Shown: positions 9,860-19,265 of the stretch, in pieces
Position numbering within the stretch: position 1 is the first letter of the stretch
Layout of the letters: the number at the start of each line of letters is the position of its first letter
Virus record (IMG/VR): IMGVR_UViG_3300027872_000004
Span: 6,319 to 70,318 of that record
Origin: a virus
DNA length: 64,000 nt
Reading direction: 5' to 3' (one strand)
Made by a program: the position numbers and the translations under genes
The notes under the pieces: model-generated
Databases searched by the model: none
What the model was told of the DNA's origin: nothing
Seen by the model: the letters and a program-made list of their open reading frames with translations, nothing else

Positions 9860-10450
9860 TCAAACTCCCGCTGAGGCTAGTTGGCCGTAGCTGTGGTTAT
9901 TGATCATGACGCGAGCCTTCGCGAACTGACCATAGCTATTATCGAGCTGCCGAGCGAGACCAAGGATACGAAGCTGCTTGGAGGCAGTCGCGAGAGTCGT
10001 TTGATCTAACTGGAAGGCCGATCGGCCTGTGAATGCGTTCCCCGCACCAGCAACAAAATTGGCCATGTTGCCAACATTCGCTACTACCAAGCCGGCTACT
10101 GCGCTGACTTGTATGACGAACTCCTGTCCTGGATCGTCATATACGAGGGCTTCAGGATCCTCACCTGTCTGGATCCCTTCTGCTACGGTGCCGCTCGGCC
10201 ACCTGGGCCTGAACTGAACTTCCCCGTTAGCATCAACGTATCGAACACCAGCGAAAACCCCGGTTATGAGGTTTGCATCGCCGGCCGTTGCGATAGTGAT
10301 ACGGCGCCCTGTGCCAATCAGGACAACCGGATCACCTGCAAAGAGATCTTGAGCGAGACCGCTCGCTATCTCATATGCACCGAATCTGTGGGGAGTTCCG
10401 CCTGCACCGTGTCGGGAGGCCAATAGGCCAGCCGGTCGGTCTACGTTCAT
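9860..10450 (-). CDS. capsid-associated (cement/decoration-like) protein
   Basis: D.P.GL N-terminus and YDDP...F.IQ motif; immediately upstream of MCP. Confidence 0.6.
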   Translation of the reverse strand: MNVDRPAGLLASRHGAGGTPHRFGAYEIASGLAQDLFAGDPVVLIGTGRRITIATAGDANLITGVFAGVRYVDANGEVQFRPRWPSGTVAEGIQTGEDPEALVYDDPGQEFVIQVSAVAGLVVANVGNMANFVAGAGNAFTGRSAFQLDQTTLATASKQLRILGLARQLDNSYGQFAKARVMINNHSYGQLASAGV

Positions 10451-10461
10451 TCGGATACCTC

Positions 10462-11085
10462 CTAATCATCATCAGCGACCTCCACTTGTCTTGGTGGTGT
10501 CGCTGAAACCTGAGTGCGCCTCGTCTGCTGTATCGGGCCGAAACCTTCAGCATCAGTACGTGACACGTTACGTAGTTGTCGCTCGATGGCTTGGTTTTGC
10601 CTCTGCTTCTTCGCGCCGTAATACTCTTTGCGTTGCAGGTGCAAATCCTCGCGCATCTCGCACAGGATTAAATCCTCTACGCCGATGACATCTCCAAACT
10701 GGTCGATATTGATGGTCGGCAGTGAACGGTCGGTCACGCTTGATGCCTTAACCGGCCTCCATCCTTCTCGAAGTTTATTTCTCAGATTGGACGTATCCCT
10801 CACGGCTCCCAGACGTATCCGAATGAACCGGTTTACATAGCCTGCCCTGGCCGGTGGCGCGTCCAAATCGCTATGTCTGCGCCACTCCGTTATTTCGTTA
10901 TCACCCTCCGTGTCGTATAAGTCATCCGTTTCCCGATCTGTGTTCTCCTGTTGAACCTTTTCATCTCCGTGCACCAACTGCTCGGGCGCGTTTTTAGCAG
11001 ATCCCTTGCCGGCTTTCTTCCCCTGGCTGCTCTCGACTCGACGCCTCTCGACGTTATCTCTGGCAGCTTGCCTGGAATCGTTCAT
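10462..11085 (-). CDS. conserved head-module protein
   Basis: PP.R.GY..R.IR...EGWRPV...IGV.DLILCEM motif; head operon. Confidence 0.6.
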   Translation of the reverse strand: MNDSRQAARDNVERRRVESSQGKKAGKGSAKNAPEQLVHGDEKVQQENTDRETDDLYDTEGDNEITEWRRHSDLDAPPARAGYVNRFIRIRLGAVRDTSNLRNKLREGWRPVKASSVTDRSLPTINIDQFGDVIGVEDLILCEMREDLHLQRKEYYGAKKQRQNQAIERQLRNVSRTDAEGFGPIQQTRRTQVSATPPRQVEVADDD

Positions 11086-12152
11086 CAGTCAATTCCTTCT
11101 ATATACGACTCAACGTGCGATGGGTCTTCAGGATCCATCCCGAAAATCCTCATGTTCGCAATCCTGGCTCTACTGAGTGTCTTGGTTTTCTTCGCCACTC
11201 GCTTCTTCCTTGATCGACCGATCCCAGATTCATCACCGACAGACACCGGACTTCTCCTGCGCCGGCCAGCTTTCTTCTTGCTCCGTGCGGCCTTTCGACG
11301 AGATCTCTTTGATGGAACATCCTCGAACTCACCTTCCTTATCCTCGTCGAGATCTTCTTCCTCCTCCTCGTCAAGATCCTCCATGGTCATCTCGACCACA
11401 CCTGGATACTTCTTCTCCACCAGGGTCTCAAGCTGCTCGTAGAACTCGTCATCAGAGGGGCGATAGCCTTTTTTCTGCAAGGCCATGTCTGCTCTCCGAA
11501 CGTATCCCCTGATATGGGCATAGTCCGGGTCGTCCCACCAATCCTGTTCGTCGATCCATTCTTGAGCCCTGGGAATCAGCGTCACAGGCTGATCATCCAG
11601 GTCATCCGGTTCTTCGTGTTGGGCTTCCAGCTCCGAACGCTTGACGCGCTTATCCGCTGTTACTTCGGCAAGCTCGGTCGTGAGTCTGATAACTTCCTTG
11701 CTATCGCCTTTCTCCATCTGCACTTCAATCGCAGCTTCCAGCTCCACGATCTTGTCAGCGAACTCACCTTCGAGTGCATCGGTCTTTCCAGACCGTTCAA
11801 GCTCATCGATGCGCTTCTCCAGCTTGGAGATAGTCGCGCCGGCTTCATCCTTTGCTTCGGCTATTGATCGAGTTGCTTTTCTCTGAACATCCAACAGGCG
11901 CTTCCGCATCGCCCTGGTCATCTTGACCGGATCGTACTCCGTGTCGTCATCGTCCAGATCTTTTCCCAGGATCTCCGTATCGTCCTGTTCATCATCGGCT
12001 TCATTGCCGCTTTTGTCGTCATGACGCTCGCTCTCGGTTAAATCCTCATCTTCGAGCCCGAGCTGACCGAGTATGTTTCCTGGTACCGGATCTTCATTCC
12101 TTCGCAGATCCTCGAAATCATATTCGATCTTATCCTGTTGCTTGTTAGCCAT
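11085..12152 (-). CDS. capsid scaffolding protein
   Basis: Acidic coiled coil with basic C-terminal tract; between portal and MCP. Confidence 0.7.
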   Translation of the reverse strand: MANKQQDKIEYDFEDLRRNEDPVPGNILGQLGLEDEDLTESERHDDKSGNEADDEQDDTEILGKDLDDDDTEYDPVKMTRAMRKRLLDVQRKATRSIAEAKDEAGATISKLEKRIDELERSGKTDALEGEFADKIVELEAAIEVQMEKGDSKEVIRLTTELAEVTADKRVKRSELEAQHEEPDDLDDQPVTLIPRAQEWIDEQDWWDDPDYAHIRGYVRRADMALQKKGYRPSDDEFYEQLETLVEKKYPGVVEMTMEDLDEEEEEDLDEDKEGEFEDVPSKRSRRKAARSKKKAGRRRRSPVSVGDESGIGRSRKKRVAKKTKTLSRARIANMRIFGMDPEDPSHVESYIEGID

Positions 12153-12191
12153 CCTTCGCTCTCCATAATCCGCAACAGATTTTCGTCGTTG

Positions 12192-12219
12192 ATTGTACTC
12201 GTTAGCCGTTCGTTGGCAA
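12192..12219 (-). promoter_or_regulatory. sigma70-like promoter for head genes
   Basis: TTGCCA-16nt-TACAAT upstream of scaffold gene. Confidence 0.6.
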
Positions 12220-12227
12220 TTCCCTCG

Positions 12228-12653
12228 TTACATCCACATGCAGTCGAACACTTCTGGATGTTTGACTACGCCGATGATTTGCGTGTCGGACAAGACCACC
12301 CAGAGAGTGTCATCCATGGTCCGAAACTTTTCACCGTCATGTTTTCCGAACTGAACCCAGTCGCCAACCTTGCACTTCTTCGCTTTCGACAAGTCAAGTC
12401 CGGATCGAGTAACCGCTTGATAACAAAGCGGTCCCATCGCTCTGACCATGCCAATGTAATTCGAGAACTCCTTGTTCTCCCTATACTCCTTCGGCATGGC
12501 AATGCCGCCCTCTGACATCTCTGGCGGCTCTGGAATCTGCACCGCAATGCGCCACAGATCCACCTCGGTCGGATACTCCTTCGCTTCAAACCCTTCCAGC
12601 AAATTCGGGATCCGTTCCTCGATTTGCGCTACTTCCTGTTCCGCGTCAGTCAT
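12228..12653 (-). CDS. GroES/Cpn10-like co-chaperonin
   Basis: SEGGIAMP...GMVRAMGP...KVGDWVQFGKH.G...LSDTQIIGVV. Confidence 0.8.
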   Translation of the reverse strand: MTDAEQEVAQIEERIPNLLEGFEAKEYPTEVDLWRIAVQIPEPPEMSEGGIAMPKEYRENKEFSNYIGMVRAMGPLCYQAVTRSGLDLSKAKKCKVGDWVQFGKHDGEKFRTMDDTLWVVLSDTQIIGVVKHPEVFDCMWM

Positions 12654-12846
12654 CTTCCGCTTCCTCTCCTTCGACTTGCTGTAAAAACTCGCGAGTCAAA
12701 TCCTGAATCCACCTCAGCTCCTGGTTCTTTCCAACCAGGCGATTGTACTGCTCAATACCAGCACCCTTGTCCATGTGGACGTGATTTTCAGTAACCCGCG
12801 CCTTTGTCCTATTCAGGATCAGTTCTGCCATCCTCAGTGCAGACAT
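12646..12846 (-). CDS. hypothetical head-module protein
   Basis: EQY.RLVG...L.W motif; coupled to GroES-like gene. Confidence 0.55.
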   Translation of the reverse strand: MSALRMAELILNRTKARVTENHVHMDKGAGIEQYNRLVGKNQELRWIQDLTREFLQQVEGEEAEDD

Positions 12847-12876
12847 TTCCTTCTCCGCTTTGCGTGGTGTTGTCGG

Positions 12877-13002
12877 TTAGCGGCCCTCGCCGGTCCCTGT
12901 CCGCTGGTGCTTACCCATTGCACCACTGGCTTTCGGGGTTACCTTGCCCATGCCCATGGTGCTTCTAGCAACACCGCCCTTTTTGTGCGGCTTCTTGGTC
13001 AT
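12877..13002 (-). CDS. small basic peptide (41 aa)
   Basis: Read by hand: MTKKPHKKGGVARSTMGMGKVTPKASGAMGKHQRTGTGEGR. Confidence 0.55.
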   Translation of the reverse strand: MTKKPHKKGGVARSTMGMGKVTPKASGAMGKHQRTGTGEGR

Positions 13003-13040
13003 GTGACGCTGGCCGGCAGGTTTTGAGCCTCCGGTATGCA

Positions 13041-13214
13041 TCAGTAGCTGCCTTTACCGCTCGCACCTTCAGAACCACTACCGGTGCTTTGGTGCTTGCC
13101 CATCGCTCCGGAAACGTGATGCTGCCCCTTCTTACCAGGGCTGCCGACCTTGCTGGCACTTCGACTAGCAGTTTTGTCGGCTTTAGGTTTCGGCGGTGCT
13201 TGGTACGTAGTCAT
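13041..13214 (-). CDS. small basic peptide (57 aa)
   Basis: MTTYQAPPKPK...SGAMGKHQSTGSG; motif shared with 12877-13002. Confidence 0.6.
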   Translation of the reverse strand: MTTYQAPPKPKADKTASRSASKVGSPGKKGQHHVSGAMGKHQSTGSGSEGASGKGSY

Positions 13215-13264
13215 GATCGATCTCCTCACACCTGCTCCAGACTTATGGCCCTGGAGCGTAGCCG

Positions 13265-13489
13265 TTACGATTTGTCAGCCTCGGCCGCGATCACTCGCAT
13301 ACGAAACTGAGATTGTGCTTGTCCGCCCAAGTATAACCGCGAGATCAATCTAAGCAAGGATCGAAATCCCATGTTCAGTTCCTTCGCTGAGTTGGCAAAC
13401 TTGCGTGGCGGAATATCACCCGCTTTGACGCCCTGGTTAAACAGGAACGCTCTCGCAGCTCGGACCTCTTTAGGACTTGCTACTGGCAC
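13265..13489 (-). CDS. hypothetical protein
   Basis: Probable GTG start overlapping portal 3' end. Confidence 0.5.
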   Translation of the reverse strand: MPVASPKEVRAARAFLFNQGVKAGDIPPRKFANSAKELNMGFRSLLRLISRLYLGGQAQSQFRMRVIAAEADKS

Positions 13490-15971
13490 GTTTCTTCTTC
13501 CGCTTCTTGCTGCTGGTGCTTGTCGGCACACTCACTGGGCCCTTGCCAAAAGTGGCCTGGGCCCTAGCCTTCCGATCCAGGCGGCGAACCTCGGCTGTTG
13601 ATTCTCGATCCTTGCGCTTGTCTTCGAGTTTCGATTCTCGATCCTTGCGCTTTTGCTCTGCCTCTGACTCCTCCTCCTCGCGCTCGATGCCGGCCGCACT
13701 CTCTGCCCGACCGCGTTCAATCTTCGCGATAACCTCAGCATCACGCTCATCGTCCTCGCGTTGCCGCTCATCCTGTTCAGCTTGTTCTTCAGGGCTCGGG
13801 GCTGGCGGTGGCGGAGGTCTGAGCTTCTTGGCCACTGCCTGGCTGATCAGTTGCTCCAGTTCTTCTGGCAGATCCTCGTTGTCCTCGGGATTGTCCAGGT
13901 CAATGTATGGGAGTTGCGTACCCAACTGGGCCTCGATCTGCTGCCGATACAAGTACGCCTTATGCTCCATCATGTGCGCCTGGATCACTGGTTCCATGGC
14001 GGAGAACATCTCGGCATTCTCGCCGGCCATCTGCTGGGCGAAGTTCATATGCACGGCGATGTGAGCTTCGTGTTCCTGGTTCGGATAGGCGACCGCACCT
14101 GCGCCAACCATGAATCCCATGTTCTCGCTCACTGGATCCAGCGGCGCATCTTTCTCATCTGGCATGAGCTGATCGATGTCGGGGATGCGCAGAGCTTCAA
14201 ACATTCGACGATGGATCTTCCTGCGCACCTTCTTCGGGTACAGCTCTGGATCGCTAGTGACCATCTCCATAACAGCCTGGTTCTGCGCGATACGCTGCAC
14301 ACTCGACCAGATGTTCGGATCCGACACCGGGATGATATCGACTCGACCATCGAAGTCCTGCTTGAGAATCTTGCGCTCCTCGCCCTGGACCTCGTAGGGA
14401 TACTCGTCCACGTCCATGAACTCGTAGTTCAGCATGGACATCATCTTGAACTCTTGCCTGGCAGCGACGTGCATGCGCTTATGGATGCCAGAGAAAACCT
14501 TCGAGCCCTGTTCGATCAAGGCCAGTGTCGTACCCACCGGGCCAGTGTTGGAGGCGTCACCGACCATGTTCTCGGTGGTGGTCGCGAAGCGCCGGCCCTC
14601 CTCTACCAAGGTCGTGACCAATGTTGCCAGGGCAGTCGATGGCTCCTTCACTGGCAGGTTGAAGAAAGCCTTCTCCAACTCGTCGGCCGACATATCGACA
14701 TCGATCCATTCACCAGGAGTAAAGCGTATCTCCCCGGCGATCTTCGCTTCTTTCGACTTGAACCCACCTTGTAAGTTTGCCACTGCTGCGCTGTCGAGTA
14801 GGGCACGGATGCCGCCACTGGCTGCTTTCGCTAGTGAGCCAATTATGTGTAGAAGTCCAAAACCGTAAAAGCCAAGGCCAGGGAGATACTTGTAATGAGT
14901 GAACCAGATGCGTTTCTGCATCGTGTCGTCATCGTGTTTCCAGTTGCGCCGTACTGCCATGACCTCGCGAGACTCTGCCTCCACCGTGACGATGTACGGA
15001 GGCGCGATGTCTGAGTCTTCATCCCAGGGCATGCGGTAATCGATGTGGTATTCCAGCATCGTGTAGATCGTGTCGTCGTAATGCTGCTGCGGACTGCGAT
15101 CGTCGGCCACGTCCTCCATGTCGTATCGGGAGAAACTGACATTCTTATCAACCAGGATCTGTGGTGTCGGCACCAGCCTGGCATCCTCAATGAAAGAGCC
15201 CGCCACCTGGGCCCGGTAGACATCATTCTCCGGCATCTCGTACTTGTGGCAGTACCGAGGAGCATTCCGCAACGTCCTGGCATGGTAAGGAACGATGAAG
15301 TCCTCGGCTGTGACGAACCTGCTGGTTGTCATACCGGTGATGGGATCGATATAGACCTTCTTGAAGGCCGAGCCAGACATCGGCAGGTAGAACAGCATCT
15401 GATCCGTGGACCAGAAATACTCCTCGTCTGCCTCAGTCATCTGGTAGTTCATGTAATCGGCTAGGCGCTCGCCTTGTTCTACCCTCTCATCGGTCGCCTC
15501 TCCCATGATGAATGCCTTCACCGGGCCCTGGGGCGGGAACATTTCTTCGATCGCCCTGGCCTGGAACTGGGTCATGGCCTCGGCAATTAGTGGGTGCTGG
15601 ACTGTACTGGCGCCAGCGAATGGTACGTCAGAAGCGGGTGTGTCTCGCAGGCCGAGTAGCTCAAGGCCATCACGGAGACGCTCGAAGTGTTCCTCACGGA
15701 CCTGCTCATCGATCTCGTAGTACTCGATCAGCTCATCCGCAATGAGAATGCGTTCTTGTGGAGTCAGTTCTTCGGCTAAGTTCTCGTTCCAACCTTCAGG
15801 AGTCGCATCCTCATGGTCGATGTCCGCGTAGCCTTCCATCTCGTCCTTGGGGATGATCGAGATGGTGCCATCTTCGTTGTGCCTGATGACGTTCTTCTCG
15901 GTAACCTGCTCGGTTTCCGTGAAGGTCGGCATCGGCTTCATCGTGGAAAGTAGATCTGCTCGAACTGCCAT
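13470..15971 (-). CDS. portal protein (P22-like, long C-terminal helical barrel)
   Basis: PFAGAS.V.HPLIAEA..QFQARA, YLP.SGSAFKKVY.D, LPGLGFYGFGL motifs; 833 aa. Confidence 0.92.
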   Translation of the reverse strand: MAVRADLLSTMKPMPTFTETEQVTEKNVIRHNEDGTISIIPKDEMEGYADIDHEDATPEGWNENLAEELTPQERILIADELIEYYEIDEQVREEHFERLRDGLELLGLRDTPASDVPFAGASTVQHPLIAEAMTQFQARAIEEMFPPQGPVKAFIMGEATDERVEQGERLADYMNYQMTEADEEYFWSTDQMLFYLPMSGSAFKKVYIDPITGMTTSRFVTAEDFIVPYHARTLRNAPRYCHKYEMPENDVYRAQVAGSFIEDARLVPTPQILVDKNVSFSRYDMEDVADDRSPQQHYDDTIYTMLEYHIDYRMPWDEDSDIAPPYIVTVEAESREVMAVRRNWKHDDDTMQKRIWFTHYKYLPGLGFYGFGLLHIIGSLAKAASGGIRALLDSAAVANLQGGFKSKEAKIAGEIRFTPGEWIDVDMSADELEKAFFNLPVKEPSTALATLVTTLVEEGRRFATTTENMVGDASNTGPVGTTLALIEQGSKVFSGIHKRMHVAARQEFKMMSMLNYEFMDVDEYPYEVQGEERKILKQDFDGRVDIIPVSDPNIWSSVQRIAQNQAVMEMVTSDPELYPKKVRRKIHRRMFEALRIPDIDQLMPDEKDAPLDPVSENMGFMVGAGAVAYPNQEHEAHIAVHMNFAQQMAGENAEMFSAMEPVIQAHMMEHKAYLYRQQIEAQLGTQLPYIDLDNPEDNEDLPEELEQLISQAVAKKLRPPPPPAPSPEEQAEQDERQREDDERDAEVIAKIERGRAESAAGIEREEEESEAEQKRKDRESKLEDKRKDRESTAEVRRLDRKARAQATFGKGPVSVPTSTSSKKRKKKRASSKS

Positions 15972-16007
15972 GATGGCCTTATCTCCGTGGGCGGCGAAGA
16001 TGCTGAG

Positions 16008-16036
16008 AGTCTAATGCGTCGTTACAGCGTTGTCAT
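16008..16036 (-). promoter_or_regulatory. sigma70-like promoter for portal
   Basis: ATGACA-17nt-TAGACT. Confidence 0.5.
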
Positions 16037-16578
16037 CACTTCATCCGAAAGACCCAACCGAGCGATGGATAGTCAAGTCCGCCGTTACTCTCGGAACTGC
16101 CTCCGGTGCTGTTGTGTTCCCACAGGATCTGATCGGGCATGAATGCCCACCACCTCTCTGGAGTGTGCACCCCGAGGTGCAACGCAAAGGTCAGGTTGCT
16201 GTCCCAAGCTGGGCCCTGGTTCTTCCAATAGGCGCCACCAAGACCGATCTCGAACCAGCTCACCTGGATCACACGCTTCACATGGATGCCGATGTTGGTC
16301 GAGCCGTTACCTCGTGGACAGTCCAACTGATCGCGGCATTGCAACTCAGTGTAGATCCCAATGCCAACATCGTACTTGCCCTGGAATCGCTCAACCAGTG
16401 ATAGGGCTGAGCCGTTGTACTTGTTACCGGCGACGAACATGGTCTCCGGCGCCAATCGCATGATGGTCTCTGATGCGCCGGCATCTTCGTGCAAGAGCGC
16501 CCAGACCCACAACGCGAGAAACGCAAGGATCACCCAGGTCGTTGTCTTCTTCAGATTAACTCCACGCCACTCTTTCAT
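16036..16578 (-). CDS. PagL-like (lipid A 3-O-deacylase / acyloxyacyl hydrolase family) outer-membrane beta-barrel
   Basis: Hydrophobic N-terminus, amphipathic strands, C-terminal WEHNSTGG...NGGLDY resembling the PagL HxS/NxG motif. Confidence 0.55.
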   Translation of the reverse strand: MKEWRGVNLKKTTTWVILAFLALWVWALLHEDAGASETIMRLAPETMFVAGNKYNGSALSLVERFQGKYDVGIGIYTELQCRDQLDCPRGNGSTNIGIHVKRVIQVSWFEIGLGGAYWKNQGPAWDSNLTFALHLGVHTPERWWAFMPDQILWEHNSTGGSSESNGGLDYPSLGWVFRMK

Positions 16579-16700
16579 TTGCGGTTCCTCTTTCTGGCCT
16601 TCCTTGAAAGTTTGTTCCGCTTGCGACTCTGCGACCGCTTTTTCACGAACCAGGGTTCGGGTAATCCGATGTCCCTGGTTCGTGATCCTTTATTGGACAT
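16575..16700 (-). CDS. small Arg/Lys-rich peptide (41 aa)
   Basis: Read by hand; TGATG and ATGA coupling on both sides. Confidence 0.5.
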   Translation of the reverse strand: MSNKGSRTRDIGLPEPWFVKKRSQSRKRNKLSRKARKRNRK

Positions 16701-16852
16701 CAGCCGCTGATTTTGTTCTTGGCCCAGGTGTATGAGCCGACCGCTCCCTTGATAATGCCTGCGCCTACTTTGCTCAGGCTCGGGAACAGATTCACCAGCA
16801 CCAGTGCTGCGCCAAATCCTACCGATAGATCGTACAGTTCAAGACCAAGCAT
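16700..16852 (-). CDS. small membrane protein (50 aa)
   Basis: Read by hand: MLGLELYDLSVGFGAALVLVNLF...; GAGGAG RBS. Confidence 0.55.
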   Translation of the reverse strand: MLGLELYDLSVGFGAALVLVNLFPSLSKVGAGIIKGAVGSYTWAKNKISG

Positions 16853-16890
16853 AATGCTCTCCTCAGAGGCGGCAGCCGAATGCTACATCA

Positions 16891-17157
16891 TCAGTCATCT
16901 CCGTGAAAGTCTCCGAAGTACCGTTTGTTGAGCCAGCTATTGAACCATCGCTGCATCCACAGGATGTCACGCTTCTCCATGTCCGACCAGGCACAGTCGA
17001 GAGTATAGCTGTCTTCTTCCTCGTCGCGATCATTGGTGATGATAATCACGTCAGTAATGTCGCCGCGCTCTGCCATCTGAAGAACGCGCCTCAATGTCCG
17101 CTCGGCGTCGTACTTGCCGGTCGGCAGATCCTTTACGTTGTCAAGGTTACGCGCCAT
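16891..17157 (-). CDS. hypothetical protein
   Basis: Overlaps terL stop. Confidence 0.55.
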   Translation of the reverse strand: MARNLDNVKDLPTGKYDAERTLRRVLQMAERGDITDVIIITNDRDEEEDSYTLDCAWSDMEKRDILWMQRWFNSWLNKRYFGDFHGDD

Positions 17158-18742
17158 AGAACTTCCTCGGTGGCAGTTTGAATAACGACAGCTCGTCATC
17201 CTTTTCGTCGTCTGGTAATTCTATCAATCCCATGCGGCGGATGTAGGCCAGCAGCATCACCACGCAGTCCACCAGGTCATCGTGATCGCCGGTCGGGAAC
17301 TTGGCGCACTGATTGATGACCTCGTAGGCCCAGTTCCTGGGGATGTACCAGAGCCGGCCATCCTTCATGATCTGCGCGACCATGTGGGCCCTGAAGATCT
17401 TGTCCTTGCTGCCTGGATCCACTGCCCTGGTCGAGATGCCGGCCCTGCGAAGCTCCTGTCTCAGTGAGTGCCCGCTGGCCTTCTTCTCGATCAAGGTCCA
17501 GTCAGGATGGTACTCGACGTTATGGCCGATCGCCTCGGTCTTCAGGTCGGGGAACTCCAGGCGCTCATTCATGCGCTCGATCAGCAGTGCATGAACCTCG
17601 GTGTCCTGCTCCCGGCCGCTGGGCGAGTACTCGAACAGGCCGGCTGTGATCCTGGCGGAGAAGTCATGTTCCTCCTCGGTCTCGAACGCGGTGTCATAGA
17701 TCGAAATGACCTCGAAGAACTCTGGGTGTGGCATCGGCTTCCCGGCCTGCGGGTGATCCTCGGGGAAACACCACTGGCGCCACCACTTCTTCTTCAGGAT
17801 CAGGCCACCACCTGATGTCGGGTCTTGGTCGAACTGGGCTGAGTAGTCCCGCTTCGCCATGGCCTTAACTTCCGCATCACGCTCATCCTTGCCGAAGCGT
17901 TGCGGGTTCAGCATCTCGCCTTTCTTCTTCCTGGGATCCTCGAATATCGGGCCCTTGTCTACCTGGTGCCCCTTGCCCTTATTGAAGAACGTGACGCAGT
18001 GCCTGGGTGGATCGTAGGACATCGGCAGCATCAGGACTTCCCACCGCTCGTCCTCGGTAGCGAGGATGTGGCCGAACAGATCTGCATCGTGAGATCGCTG
18101 TCCGATCAAGATCTTCTGCCCGGTGGTTGGGTCATTGAGGCGTGACCGCAGAGAGTTGTCCCAGGCAGATAAGGTCGAGTATCGCATCTTATCCGAATAC
18201 ACGTCCTTCATGTTGTGAGGGTCATCTATGCAGAGCTTATCGCCTCCCTCGCCTGTGGCCTTGCCCAGCATCGAGGTCGAGATCCGGTGCCCGCCATGGT
18301 TGTTTACGTAGCGGTGCTTCCTGTTGTCGGCCGGGTCCAGGTAGAAGGCATCGCCGTATCGCTCGCGGAACCAGGCTGACTCGATCAGGCGCCTGGACTT
18401 GACCGCATCACGTATCGCCAGCTCCTGGGAGTAAGAGGCGCACAGGAACTGCACCGTTGGATCCAGGAGCCACTCCCACACTGGCCACAGCACACTGCCA
18501 ACCAGGCTCTTGGTCTGCCTGGGTGGAATGTTGATCATCAGGTTGCGGATGTCACCGAACGTGACGTAGGCCAGGTGATCGCAGATGGCATCGAGGTGCC
18601 AGTTGTTCTTGAATGTCTTGGGCTCGACCAGTGGCCAGCCAGCCTTGACGAACTGCCTCAGATCTCGACGATAGAACTCAGCCTGTGCCTGGGTGAGCTG
18701 CTTCTGGACTGCTTCCTGGACTTGTAAGGCTTCCGCTGCCAC
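17147..18742 (-). CDS. terL: terminase large subunit
   Basis: NWHLDAICDHL, INIPPRQTKS Walker A, CIDDPH Walker B, C-terminal FPTGDHDDLVD nuclease motif. Confidence 0.95.
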   Translation of the reverse strand: MAAEALQVQEAVQKQLTQAQAEFYRRDLRQFVKAGWPLVEPKTFKNNWHLDAICDHLAYVTFGDIRNLMINIPPRQTKSLVGSVLWPVWEWLLDPTVQFLCASYSQELAIRDAVKSRRLIESAWFRERYGDAFYLDPADNRKHRYVNNHGGHRISTSMLGKATGEGGDKLCIDDPHNMKDVYSDKMRYSTLSAWDNSLRSRLNDPTTGQKILIGQRSHDADLFGHILATEDERWEVLMLPMSYDPPRHCVTFFNKGKGHQVDKGPIFEDPRKKKGEMLNPQRFGKDERDAEVKAMAKRDYSAQFDQDPTSGGGLILKKKWWRQWCFPEDHPQAGKPMPHPEFFEVISIYDTAFETEEEHDFSARITAGLFEYSPSGREQDTEVHALLIERMNERLEFPDLKTEAIGHNVEYHPDWTLIEKKASGHSLRQELRRAGISTRAVDPGSKDKIFRAHMVAQIMKDGRLWYIPRNWAYEVINQCAKFPTGDHDDLVDCVVMLLAYIRRMGLIELPDDEKDDELSLFKLPPRKFYGA

Positions 18743-18754
18743 GTCATTCGCTCA

Positions 18755-19117
18755 TCACAGATTGCCGGCGCTGAGCCCCTTGTGCTTTGCCAGCATAGTG
18801 TTCCAGCACCACCGCTCGTTGACCAGGACAGCTCGACCTATCTCATCACCGGCAGCGGAGTACAAAATCTCAAAGGTGCCGATCTCGACGACCTCATCAC
18901 CTCCCTTGTTGCCTGTGAAACGCAGTCGATTGATGCTCGGTGGCCATTCAGTGAAGATGACGCCCAGTGGAACCGCTCGTTTCCCAACACGCAGGTAGAC
19001 GTATGTATGCGGACGCATGATCGGCGCATGCTGGATGCATGGAGATTGGAAGATCTTCAGGATCGTCTGGCTCGCTTTGATCATGTGCAATGCTCGAAGC
19101 TGCGGGCTCTCATCCAC
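18755..19117 (-). CDS. hypothetical protein
   Basis: Coupled ORF upstream of terL. Confidence 0.45.
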   Translation of the reverse strand: MDESPQLRALHMIKASQTILKIFQSPCIQHAPIMRPHTYVYLRVGKRAVPLGVIFTEWPPSINRLRFTGNKGGDEVVEIGTFEILYSAAGDEIGRAVLVNERWCWNTMLAKHKGLSAGNL

Positions 19118-19265
19118 GTTTCTCGTCCTTTCGCCGGCTTACCTTGTGAGTGCCCTTGATGGTGCCCTTGTTCTGACTGGCGTAGAAGACAGACTCGCCC
19201 TTGTCAGAGCCGTACTGCTTCACCATGGCTCGTTTGATCTTCTCGCCCTTTGCTGTCAGTGGCAT
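19110..19265 (-). CDS. small basic protein
   Basis: MPLTAKGEKIKRAMVKQYG..KGESVFYAS.NKG.I, a widespread phage microprotein motif. Confidence 0.65.
   Translation of the reverse strand: MPLTAKGEKIKRAMVKQYGSDKGESVFYASQNKGTIKGTHKVSRRKDEKRG

Noticed and set aside
13477-14774. Long plus-strand ORFs (195 and 337 aa) antisense to portal; similar ones over scaffold, terL, dnaB, the ejection genes (e.g. 55313-56125, 59173-59883, 60784-61515) and minus-strand ORFs over plus-strand genes (e.g. 31018-31845, 37614-38282)
   Set aside because: Shadow ORFs of GC-rich coding sequence; no RBS or recognisable motifs
18500-18530. Deviant terminase Walker A (PPRQTKS)
   Set aside because: PPRxxKS variants are normal for this terminase family
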